This document shows positions 17,406-25,412 of a DNA stretch of 42,827 nucleotides, piece after piece. The notes below the pieces were generated by a model. That model searched no databases. It had not been told where the DNA came from and saw nothing but the letters and a program-made list of their open reading frames with translations. Position numbers and translations under genes: made by a program. Each line of letters opens with the position of its first letter. The stretch's first letter is position 1. The DNA comes from a bacterium (GTDB lineage Bacteria; Patescibacteriota; Minisyncoccia; Minisyncoccales; RBG-13-42-11), in contig JAUSLA010000024.1 in assembly GCA_030646565.1 (NCBI GenBank), positions 1-42,827 on the forward strand. The letters are read 5' to 3'.

Positions 17406-18234
17406 ACCTCCTTTTCAATATTTCTTCGTAGAAACCGAGATGGAAGACGATCTTCCAGAGAAGGAAATAATTCACGAGAACAGGACCACCATGCTTATAG
17501 GCAAGCCTAAACTGCCTCTTCTGATCCTTTAAAATGTGCCTAAGGTCTGCAGTGAGAGCATCTTTTATAGAGACGCCGTTTTTCCTGTTTTTTATTCCGC
17601 TTCCCTTACCAATCTTATAGGCAATTTTTAAATCATGGATCATTCCTTCTTTTCCGTGATCGACATTCTGTTTAAGAATCATGATTTTTAGGGAAGAAGA
17701 TTTTATCCTATTGGAAAGTTCTCCGTCTTCTCCCCATCCCATCCTCTCGTCAAAAAAATACCCTCCGATCATGTTTAATATGCTCTTTTTGAAAGATAAC
17801 CCTGGGCCATACAAATTTTTTCCCCCATCAAAAATATGATGGAAAAGGTATCTGCATTGCGACACCAGATATTGAGAGTATTTTTCGTAATCAAACACGA
17901 CCCTTGCCTTAACAACATCATAGAAATCAAGTTGCCGACTGGCTTCCCTGATTAATCCCGGTTGAAACGTACAATCGGAGTTCATCAGCATTATTTTGTC
18001 GTGTGTCGCTGATTTTATCCCTTCGTTAAATACCCTGGCCAAATTACAACCTTTTTCATTTATGATTATGATTTTGCAACGTCTGCTGATCCTGACAATA
18101 TCCACAACCTCCGTCGTGGGATTATTGTTCAGAACCACAACGATCTCAGCGTTTTCATCAACACTATCTATACATTTCCCTATCCTTTTGTCATTCGAAA
18201 CAGGCACCACAACGGTTATTGGCAATCTTTCCAT
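17389..18234 (-). CDS. family-2-like (GT-A) glycosyltransferase
   Basis: ITVVVPVSND...VVVLNNN...ARVFNEGIKSAT...LMNSDCTF layout typical of GT2. SD AAGAGGTG. Confidence 0.65.
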   Translation of the reverse strand: MERLPITVVVPVSNDKRIGKCIDSVDENAEIVVVLNNNPTTEVVDIVRISRRCKIIIINEKGCNLARVFNEGIKSATHDKIMLMNSDCTFQPGLIREASRQLDFYDVVKARVVFDYEKYSQYLVSQCRYLFHHIFDGGKNLYGPGLSFKKSILNMIGGYFFDERMGWGEDGELSNRIKSSSLKIMILKQNVDHGKEGMIHDLKIAYKIGKGSGIKNRKNGVSIKDALTADLRHILKDQKRQFRLAYKHGGPVLVNYFLLWKIVFHLGFYEEILKRRYDGGR

Positions 18235-18263
18235 TACACACCTCTTATATCGAGCTTCTGTAA

Positions 18264-18303
18264 GGAGGCGAAGATGAAGAAGAAAACGCAGTTCTCTTCG
18301 ACT
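18264..18303. repeat. mosaic hairpin unit (R6)
   Basis: ggaggcgaagatgaAGAAGAAAAC-GCA-GTTCTCTTCgac lies between the PIG-L and GT2 genes. Confidence 0.6.
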
Positions 18304-18972
18304 CTACGGCAATTTGTCAATCTTGATCACCTGAAACACTTCGGCATAAGAACAATTACCGGCGATTACTCCCCTGTAAGCATTAAGTCCAAGAGATGCC
18401 CTGACCCAATCTTTGACTTTTAATTGGGATTTATATTTCTCAAGCGCGCTCTTCTTTATACTTATAACATCAGATATGTCTTTGAAATATTGGTAGCTTT
18501 GGAGTGGTTTCCATACCTCGTAACCAAGAACAACCCTAACAGCATCTATTTTCTTGCCAAGATCTGGAAAGTAATCGCTCGATGACATCCATAGAGCTTC
18601 TATGGAGATTTCGCTCACGAATCTGTGTTCTCGATCTCCATCATTCGGATGAGGTATGTATACTATTTCCGGACCAATATCCCTTAATACTTTCACGAGA
18701 GAACCTGTTGCGTCTTCACTTGGATAGCAAGCTCTATCTCCAAAAAAAAGTTCTATTATATTTGAAACTCCCAAATCTTCGCAAGCTTCTCTTGCTTCGT
18801 TCTGGATAATAAGGGCTGCCTCTTTCTTATTGGTAACATCTGGGACGGCCGACCATCCAGCAAAAATAAAAGCAACAGCAACCTCATCTCCTTTAGATGT
18901 GTGGAGGCATATACTGCCTCCACACCCTATCGTTTCATCATCGTGATGCGGCGAAAAAACCAGAATCTTCAT
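18304..18972 (-). CDS. PIG-L/LmbE-family N-acetylglucosaminyl deacetylase
   Basis: KILVFSPHHDDETIGCGGSI and HPNDGDREH are the zinc-ligand motifs of the LmbE family. The start is coupled to the upstream stop. Confidence 0.85.
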   Translation of the reverse strand: MKILVFSPHHDDETIGCGGSICLHTSKGDEVAVAFIFAGWSAVPDVTNKKEAALIIQNEAREACEDLGVSNIIELFFGDRACYPSEDATGSLVKVLRDIGPEIVYIPHPNDGDREHRFVSEISIEALWMSSSDYFPDLGKKIDAVRVVLGYEVWKPLQSYQYFKDISDVISIKKSALEKYKSQLKVKDWVRASLGLNAYRGVIAGNCSYAEVFQVIKIDKLP

Positions 18973-18975
18973 GAT

Positions 18976-20667
18976 TCACCTCCATTTCTTAACAAGGAAG
19001 GGACCCAATGCTAATAGATCCATCCCTGTTTCGTAAAAAGTTTTCAATGCATCTGGTGGGCTACAGACTATCGGCTCCTTCTCGCTATTGAATGAGGTGT
19101 TCAGTAAAACTGGAACACCAGTTAACGACTGGAAAGAGCTTAAAAGTTCGTAGTAGCAAGGGTTAAAACTCTTGCTAACGGTTTGCAGTCTTGAGGAATA
19201 GTCAACATGAACTACAGCTGGTATCTGAGACGCTTTCTCGGCCCTTACGTAATCTCTAATAAGCATATATGGCGACTTCCTGCCAGAAGAGAAAAAATCA
19301 CCAGCTCCCCCTTCTAGTACAGAAGGAGCTAGGGGCCTCCATAATTCTCTTGTTTTTATGTTATTGACTATGGAGTGCATGTCTCTTCTTCTTGGATCTG
19401 CCAAAATACTTCTTCCGCCTAAAGCTCTCGGACCAAATTCCATTCTCCCATTAAACCAACCTACCACTTCTCCGCCTTCTAACGCCTTCGCTGATTCCAG
19501 ATAAATATCTTTCGGTTCAACGAAATTAGCCTTTACTTTCTTTAATAATGAGAACATCTCATCTCTGCTAAACTGAGGACCAAGATAGGGGGTCCTAAGC
19601 AATCCGGGAGTAATCTCGCCAAGCATTAGAACTGCTGCACCAATAGCCACCCCAGGATCGTTTGAGGCGGGTTGGATACATATGCTTTCAGCAAAACCGC
19701 AATCTAGCAACATTCCATTGGCCGAACAGTTTAGGGCCACACCTCCTGCTAAGGCGATATTCCTATGACCGGTAATTCTTACGGCTTCACTTACATACCA
19801 GCCATATACTCTCTCAAGCTCCGATTGTATAGATGCTGCAATATTCTTTTCTCTAATTCCCGGTTCAAGAACTGGTCTGAACGAACCACTAGACGTTAAG
19901 AAAGAATAGGAAGGATTTTTCTTACTCCCCCATTCTTTTTCAAATCTGCTCATCCATATATCCACTATCTCTTCTTCCCAATCCAAGGTGTTGTTCGCTA
20001 CAAGCTTGAGACTGGATAATGGAGCGATAACTCCGCCACCGTTCACTAATTCGAAAAAGTTCACGAGGGCAGGCTCTCCATAACACGCAAGTCCCATCAA
20101 TTTCCCTGCTTGCCAAGTTGTAAATCCTAAATATTTACAACCAGCCTCATAGAAAAAGCCGGGAGAAACCTGCACTGGATATTCCCTAACTTTCTCTATC
20201 TTCCCTTCTCTGCCTAAAAAGATTGAGACGGAACAATCTTCTGATTCTCCATCCACTACAATTATAGGCAGTGGCTCATCATTCTCTCTAGCGCAGTATA
20301 CGCTTGCAGCGTGAGCCAGATGATGCGAAATGAATTCCACAGGGATCATCCTCTCTTTTCTCGGATAGTATTTCTTCGGAAACAAAAGCCCGTTAAGAGC
20401 GTTTGTATCATAAGGAAATTCCCTTCCGTGAAGCTTATAAACGAGCGGAAAATCCCAACCCCATGCAATAACGTCAATATCATCAGGCCTTATCTTTCCT
20501 TCTTGAACACAATAGGCTATGGCGTTCAAAGGAAGTCTATCAAAAGAGTTCTTTTGTCTTATAAACCTCTCTTCTTCTGCCATAGCAATGATCTGATTGT
20601 CTATGACGAGGCAAGCAGCCGCATCATGACTTCTTTCCATCCACCCATTAACTCCTAAAATTATCAT
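18976..20667 (-). CDS. NodU/CmcH/TobZ-family carbamoyltransferase
   Basis: MIILGVNGWMERSHDAAACLV..EEERFIRQKN and C-terminal LLNTSFNSEKEPIVCSPPDA. The start at 20667 follows AAGGAGGTGCAAC; the track ORF extends to 20763. Confidence 0.85.
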   Translation of the reverse strand: MIILGVNGWMERSHDAAACLVIDNQIIAMAEEERFIRQKNSFDRLPLNAIAYCVQEGKIRPDDIDVIAWGWDFPLVYKLHGREFPYDTNALNGLLFPKKYYPRKERMIPVEFISHHLAHAASVYCARENDEPLPIIVVDGESEDCSVSIFLGREGKIEKVREYPVQVSPGFFYEAGCKYLGFTTWQAGKLMGLACYGEPALVNFFELVNGGGVIAPLSSLKLVANNTLDWEEEIVDIWMSRFEKEWGSKKNPSYSFLTSSGSFRPVLEPGIREKNIAASIQSELERVYGWYVSEAVRITGHRNIALAGGVALNCSANGMLLDCGFAESICIQPASNDPGVAIGAAVLMLGEITPGLLRTPYLGPQFSRDEMFSLLKKVKANFVEPKDIYLESAKALEGGEVVGWFNGRMEFGPRALGGRSILADPRRRDMHSIVNNIKTRELWRPLAPSVLEGGAGDFFSSGRKSPYMLIRDYVRAEKASQIPAVVHVDYSSRLQTVSKSFNPCYYELLSSFQSLTGVPVLLNTSFNSEKEPIVCSPPDALKTFYETGMDLLALGPFLVKKWR

Positions 20668-20772
20668 GTTGCACCTCCTTCTGTATTTTTTAATTCCTTT
20701 AATTCCCTGTATCAAGCTGAGCATCACATTAAAACATAACCAAAATAAGCCATAGTTTTTCAATGAACTCTT

Positions 20773-20809
20773 CTAAAAATCAAGCTACCATTTTATGGTT
20801 TTTCTTGAT
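20773..20809 (-). terminator. terminator-like hairpin inside the carbamoyltransferase leader
   Basis: Minus strand: ATCAAG-(ACCAT-AAA-ATGGT)-CTTGAT followed by TTTTTAG. It lies downstream of the 20826-20854 promoter. Confidence 0.4.
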
Positions 20810-20825
20810 TATTAGGCAACGTTAA

Positions 20826-20854
20826 ATTGTATAATAAGTGAAGATAAAAGTCAA
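20826..20854 (-). promoter_or_regulatory. sigma70-type promoter upstream of the carbamoyltransferase block
   Basis: Minus strand: TTGACT, 17 nt, TACAAT, beginning 20 nt after the queE stop. Confidence 0.55.
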
Positions 20855-20874
20855 GATAATCGTCGTATTTAAAA

Positions 20875-21540
20875 TCAATCCTTACATATGTTTAATTCTT
20901 CTCTTTCAGATTTCCATATGACTTTGTGAATCTGCAATCCAATTCTTACCTCAAAACCATCTATTAAAATCCATTCAACTAATTTTTTTGCCTTGATTCC
21001 ATCAACTGGAGTAAAAATGATGTTTGTTTTTTTTATTAATTTGTATCTTTCTACTATTTTTTTAGAAAAAATATAATCGTTTCTATTCCCTATTATAAAT
21101 TTTACCTGATCTTTTTTTGCTAAATACTTTAAATTATCTAATTTCATTTTTTCCGACATTCCAGATGAAGGACATTTAACGTCAAGAGAATAAAGTATTT
21201 TTGAGGAATTATTAAACTCATTTATTAAAATTGACCCATTCGTTTCAATATCAATATTATAGCCAAGATCAACCAACTTATTTATTAAAATCTTTGTTCC
21301 TGGTTGAAGAAGGGGTTCACCTCCAGTAAGACAAACTAATTTAAATTTTTGCCTTGCGATATCATTCAAGATATCTTTAATTTTTTTTTCTTCTCCTCCA
21401 CTATATGAATATTTAGTATCACAATAATAACATCTGAGGTTACACCCAGACAACCTAACAAAATAAGTTGGTAACCCGGAGTGGATTCCTTCCCCTTGAA
21501 CTGACGAAAATGACTCAATTATTTTTAATTTATTCTCCAT
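20875..21540 (-). CDS. queE: 7-carboxy-7-deazaguanine synthase (radical SAM)
   Basis: FSSVQGEGIHSGLPTYFVRLSGCNLRCYYCDTKY. The start at 21540 (MENKLKI) overlaps the queD stop by 11 nt. Confidence 0.85.
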   Translation of the reverse strand: MENKLKIIESFSSVQGEGIHSGLPTYFVRLSGCNLRCYYCDTKYSYSGGEEKKIKDILNDIARQKFKLVCLTGGEPLLQPGTKILINKLVDLGYNIDIETNGSILINEFNNSSKILYSLDVKCPSSGMSEKMKLDNLKYLAKKDQVKFIIGNRNDYIFSKKIVERYKLIKKTNIIFTPVDGIKAKKLVEWILIDGFEVRIGLQIHKVIWKSEREELNICKD

Positions 21541-21874
21541 AATAAGTTGCAAAGCTATCAGGAGTTTCCCAAAGCTCAATTTTATAAACTTTTAAATATT
21601 TTTCTATTTGGCTCCAAGCCCAGACTGATATATTTTCTGCTGTGGGTTGTTTTATAATCTTGTTTATATAATTATGATCAAGAATACTGATTATTTTTTT
21701 CTCTACAACTTTATTGATTTCGGAAAAATCTATGACCATTCCTGATTTTTTATCAATATTGCCACTTACAGTAACGTATAGAACATATGTATGGCCATGC
21801 AAATTCCTACATTTGCCTTTATAATTTTTTAATTTATGAGCGGAATCAAATGTAAATTTTTTAGTAACTAACAT
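21530..21874 (-). CDS. queD: 6-carboxy-5,6,7,8-tetrahydropterin synthase
   Basis: FTFDSAHKLKNYKGKCRNLHGHTYVLYVTV is the QueD/PTPS His-triad block. 114 aa. Confidence 0.85.
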   Translation of the reverse strand: MLVTKKFTFDSAHKLKNYKGKCRNLHGHTYVLYVTVSGNIDKKSGMVIDFSEINKVVEKKIISILDHNYINKIIKQPTAENISVWAWSQIEKYLKVYKIELWETPDSFATYYGE

Positions 21875-22650
21875 TTATATTCTTCGTTAATTATTATTGC
21901 ATATGCATTGTGAGTGTGGACTGATTCGTAACTTTTACACGTAACTATAAAGTCTGTTATTCTTTTATCATTCATAACCCAAGATGCAATGCCCCTCACG
22001 ACATCTTCAACAAATTTTGGATTATTATACATTTTTTCAGTAACATGTTTTTCATCAACTCTTTTCAGTATGGAAAATAGCTCTCCGCTTGATTCATTTT
22101 CAATTTTTTTAATAATTTCGCTTATTTTTAAATAATGTTTCGTTTTTATTTTTAATAGAACCTCTGCTCTTTGATTATGGGCGCCATATTTGCTTATCTC
22201 TTTACTGCAGGGACATAACGTGGACACAGGAACTATTATCTCAAAATAATTCCATCTCGTGTTGTCTTCCCCCGATTCCCCTATAATTTTACATTCATAG
22301 GATACCGTGCAAGTTTTCATTGATACCGGAGTTTTTTTAGTCAAAAAATAAGTAAAGGACATTTCTACCCTTGAATAATTGACATTTAATCTATTTTTAA
22401 TTTCTTTTAAAATTTTAGTTATCATTCCATCGCTGATTTCTGAATTTTTTACTTTTTCTGCAATTTCTATAAATCTGCTCATATGAATCCCCTTGATATT
22501 AGCAAATAAATCCACCCCCATCTTTATGTATGCAATTACCTGCTGGCGCACTCTTCCACTTTTTATGAATAATGGAATTCTAAGATCGGATATTCCAACT
22601 TCATTTATTTTTATTCCCCTATTGTCTTTAAGATTTTGCACATCTTTCAT
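21868..22650 (-). CDS. folE2: GTP cyclohydrolase I type 2 (FolE2/MptA family)
   Basis: MKDVQNLKDNRGIKINEVGISDLRIP..., CPCSKEISKYGAHNQR; ~260 aa. Confidence 0.8.
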   Translation of the reverse strand: MKDVQNLKDNRGIKINEVGISDLRIPLFIKSGRVRQQVIAYIKMGVDLFANIKGIHMSRFIEIAEKVKNSEISDGMITKILKEIKNRLNVNYSRVEMSFTYFLTKKTPVSMKTCTVSYECKIIGESGEDNTRWNYFEIIVPVSTLCPCSKEISKYGAHNQRAEVLLKIKTKHYLKISEIIKKIENESSGELFSILKRVDEKHVTEKMYNNPKFVEDVVRGIASWVMNDKRITDFIVTCKSYESVHTHNAYAIIINEEYKC

Positions 22651-22662
22651 GCTTTTTTATAA

Positions 22663-23097
22663 CTAATTCATATCAAATGATAAAAATATGGCAATTTCTT
22701 TTGCGCTATTAGAATAATATCTGTCGTTAAATCCGCAGACACGGAATCCATTTTTGATATATACCGCCAAGACATTGTTCAAGGATGGAGCCTCGGCGAT
22801 AATCGTTCTAGCTTTAAATTTTTTCGCTTCTGCCTTTATTCTGTTTATAAATCGGCTCGCGTAACCCTTTCCCCGATGATTTGGATGGACAAAGATATCG
22901 ATGATCTGGGATGTATTATTCCATTTAAAAAAACGGATTCCGCTAAATCCTATTATCTTATTTCCTTCTTCCGCGACAAGAAAACAATTATTTTTATTTT
23001 CAATAGTTTCCCCAAAATCCCTTTCTTCATGAAAATATTTGTTATTCAGATCTTCTATCGCTTTCAGATCGTTAAATTTTGCTTTTCTTATATTCAT
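22663..23097 (-). CDS. GNAT N-acetyltransferase
   Basis: HPNHRGKGYASRFINRIKAEAK (motif A) and IKNGF; 144 aa. It sits between queC and folE2. Confidence 0.8.
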   Translation of the reverse strand: MNIRKAKFNDLKAIEDLNNKYFHEERDFGETIENKNNCFLVAEEGNKIIGFSGIRFFKWNNTSQIIDIFVHPNHRGKGYASRFINRIKAEAKKFKARTIIAEAPSLNNVLAVYIKNGFRVCGFNDRYYSNSAKEIAIFLSFDMN

Positions 23098-23147
23098 GTT
23101 TTTTATATTTAAATTTTATACCTTTTACCCTTTAATAAATAATTTTA

Positions 23148-23849
23148 TTATATTTTTATGTATTTCTTCAAGGCTAGAAATGTCTCTTCTGTCCTTTCCT
23201 TATCGTATAATCCGGCCTTCATTTTTTTAATATATTCTTTCGCTCCTTCCCATTCCCATGGAGGTGAGTCGTATTCTTCTTTTATGCCGTTGTTTTCCAG
23301 CGCCACCCATCTCCTGAAACAACAATTGCACTGTCCACATTGATTTATTGTTTTTTTACTATAACAAGATATTGTTTTCAATAAGTCTTCAATTGGCAAC
23401 TTATTATCAATATACCATTTTACCAAATTGCTCTTACTCATTTTATAAAATGGACTAGTTACTTCAACACTCTTATTATCATTAAAATTCAATAAAAATT
23501 TTGACATTAACCTACTAGCATTTGGATTGTTATCATCAACGCGGTCGCCTTTTATTCCGACTAAGTATACCTTTGGAGCATATAGACTAGCGATCATCAC
23601 GAAAAAAATGTTTCTATATGGAATGTAAAAGTTCCCTTCTTCCCATCTTGAAAGATCTAAAGAATTATCAATATAAAGTTTCATCTTTCTGTATTTTCTA
23701 GAAAAAAATTTTACTGCTTCTATTTCTTTTTTAATATAAGACTGCCCAGCATTAAAAAATAAAGCTGGTGGATATTTAAGATAATGCCAAGCAATAAACG
23801 AATCCAATCCGCCAGAAAAGAGCAGTATTGAGTTATGTTTTGGGATCAT
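23148..23849 (-). CDS. queC: QueC-family PP-loop ATPase (7-cyano-7-deazaguanine synthase-like)
   Basis: LLFSGGLDS (SGGxDS), YIPYRNIFFVMIASLYA, and the C-terminal SCYS...CGQCNCCFRRW cysteine cluster. Confidence 0.8.
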   Translation of the reverse strand: MIPKHNSILLFSGGLDSFIAWHYLKYPPALFFNAGQSYIKKEIEAVKFFSRKYRKMKLYIDNSLDLSRWEEGNFYIPYRNIFFVMIASLYAPKVYLVGIKGDRVDDNNPNASRLMSKFLLNFNDNKSVEVTSPFYKMSKSNLVKWYIDNKLPIEDLLKTISCYSKKTINQCGQCNCCFRRWVALENNGIKEEYDSPPWEWEGAKEYIKKMKAGLYDKERTEETFLALKKYIKI

Positions 23850-23888
23850 CTTTTTATCTTAAGATTAAAGTTTTTGTTATTTTATTTT

Positions 23889-23917
23889 ATTATACTAATT
23901 AAAGATCTCTTCTTCAA
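23889..23917 (-). promoter_or_regulatory. sigma70-type promoter upstream of queC
   Basis: Minus strand: TTGAAG, 17 nt, TATAAT. Confidence 0.65.
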
Positions 23918-24013
23918 GAATAGCTCCGATTTACGAAAATTTCAAGATAACAAAACTGCACAGCAACGGGCGGTTTTCCAATTTTCCCACTGACACCTCT
24001 TGACCGTGTTTTC

Positions 24014-24062
24014 AAGCTAAAATCCCATTTTCACTTTGTAATGTAAAGTCCGACAAAAAGAA
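24014..24062. repeat. ~49-nt dispersed repeat (second copy)
   Basis: Matches 12423-12471. Related shorter gtttgtaa(tg/ag)(t/c)aaac-c(c/t)cgacaaaa tails lie at 14831, 25325 and 25955. Confidence 0.75.
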
Positions 24063-24254
24063 TAAAATCTCTAAAATTTAAAGAAATTTCCTCAATAAAA
24101 AAACTCGGACACATGGCCGAGAATATCATTTGCTTTATTAAAAATTTAAATTAAATCTTTGCCGGAACAAGATTTCGCATCAAAACCTCATTGACTCTTT
24201 CCTTTATATAGAATTTAAAATTATTTAATAAATTTTGGTTTTTCTCTGCTTTAC

Positions 24255-24917
24255 TTAAATAAACGCTTTTTGGCCTAACTTTTTTGCAATTTTCAAATAA
24301 AATTGCTGCCACTTTTTATCGTCTATTTTCTTAATTAGTTTCGGATAATCTCTTATGCTAAGCGACTTCATCAATTGTGTTCCAAGATTAATTGAATCAA
24401 TATGCCAATCGAATTTTATCCGAGCTTTTTTCAAAAGATCAAAAAAATTAAAATTTTCCCGCTTAATTATAAAATATAAATCAAGGAAATCGCGCGTCCT
24501 TGGATTTTGAGAGATAGTAAAAGTTTTATTAACGGCAATATCTAGAATACTGTCTAATTTTATTCCGTTAACTATCTTTGCCTTAATCAGCGGAGAAAAG
24601 GGATAATATGTAAATTCCACCTTTAAGATTTTGCTGCCGATGTATAAAAAATATAAATTCCTATTGAAGCTTTTCTGAAAATCAAATTTTTTGTATCCTA
24701 TTTCTTTTTTAAACTTCTTCAAAAAGACAGAAATTGTTAACGGATTAAATTCTTTTTCTGAAAAAAAATCTAAATCTTGTGAGAATCTGTACGGAATATA
24801 GTAAGCTGTTAGGGCCGTTCCGCCGGATAAATAAAAATTCTGGGCAATTTCTTTGTCTTTAGAAAATACGCCCAGAAATTTCAATTGCTCCGTGTTCAGT
24901 AATTTTTTTTGTTCCAT
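24255..24917 (-). CDS. AbiEii/AbiGii-family nucleotidyltransferase toxin
   Basis: FYLSGGTALTAYYIPYRFSQDLDFF is the N-terminal NTase motif of the AbiEii family. 220 aa. Confidence 0.75.
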   Translation of the reverse strand: MEQKKLLNTEQLKFLGVFSKDKEIAQNFYLSGGTALTAYYIPYRFSQDLDFFSEKEFNPLTISVFLKKFKKEIGYKKFDFQKSFNRNLYFLYIGSKILKVEFTYYPFSPLIKAKIVNGIKLDSILDIAVNKTFTISQNPRTRDFLDLYFIIKRENFNFFDLLKKARIKFDWHIDSINLGTQLMKSLSIRDYPKLIKKIDDKKWQQFYLKIAKKLGQKAFI

Positions 24918-25099
24918 AGGAGGAAAGCTAAAAATTTTCTCCGGTCAGGATCTAGTTTCAATTTAAACCAATATCTTTTTAGTAAATTTCTGCTGATTTT
25001 TGTTTTGCCCAACCCAAAATTAATCATTTGCTCTAGTTTCCAAATGGTTTTTTCTTCCCCTGATTTCATTTTTGAAATATCGGTTGACCAATTATACAT
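24896..25099 (-). CDS. small protein upstream of AbiEii (putative cognate partner)
   Basis: 67 aa from MYNWSTD. It overlaps the toxin start by 22 nt. An extended -10 TGGTATAAT ends 6 nt from the ATG, so the mRNA may be leaderless. Confidence 0.45.
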   Translation of the reverse strand: MYNWSTDISKMKSGEEKTIWKLEQMINFGLGKTKISRNLLKRYWFKLKLDPDRRKFLAFLLWNKKNY

Positions 25100-25118
25100 A
25101 TTTATATTATACCATTTT

Positions 25119-25140
25119 TGACAAAACTTATCCACAAGCC
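25119..25140. promoter_or_regulatory. 22-nt DnaA-box-containing motif (copy 2)
   Basis: TGACAAAACTTATCCACAAGCC, immediately upstream of and overlapping the promoter of the 24896..25099 ORF. Confidence 0.5.
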
Positions 25141-25165
25141 CCCACACCTAATGTAGGTGTGGGGG
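25139..25165. repeat. 27-nt perfect palindrome (12-bp stem, 3-nt loop)
   Basis: CCCCCACACCTA-ATG-TAGGTGTGGGGG flanked by a duplicated CAAGCC. It is absent from the paralogous site at 12397. Confidence 0.85.
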
Positions 25166-25356
25166 CAAGCCGTTTTTTCTTAGTTTACCAAGTCCTGCCT
25201 TGCAGGACGCAGGTGGAAAAGAAGATTTATCTTCTTTGACCGAGTCCCTCCTGCGTCGGGACGAAGATTAAGAAGAGTCGAAGAACACATTCGCGCTCTT
25301 CTTCACCCTTCGCCTATCGGCTCGAGTTTGTAAAGCAAACCCCGACAAAAAGAAAA
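25166..25356. repeat. mosaic hairpin repeat locus (R7)
   Basis: GTCCTGC-CT-TGCAGGAC, AAGAAGAT-TT-ATCTTCTT, gagtccctcctgcgtcgggacgaag, gaagaacacattcgcgctcttc, and the cacccttcgcctatcggctcgag tail. Confidence 0.8.
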
Positions 25357-25412
25357 AAATACTATATTATTTATTTAATCTTCACTCTAAACATTTTGCA
25401 CAGACTGGTTTT

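Noticed and set aside
23850-23917. preQ1 riboswitch upstream of queC
   Set aside because: The ~40-nt A/T-rich leader after the TATAAT box has no P1 stem-loop or C-rich pocket followed by an A-rich tail in the required arrangement. Only superficial ACAAAAAC similarity was seen.
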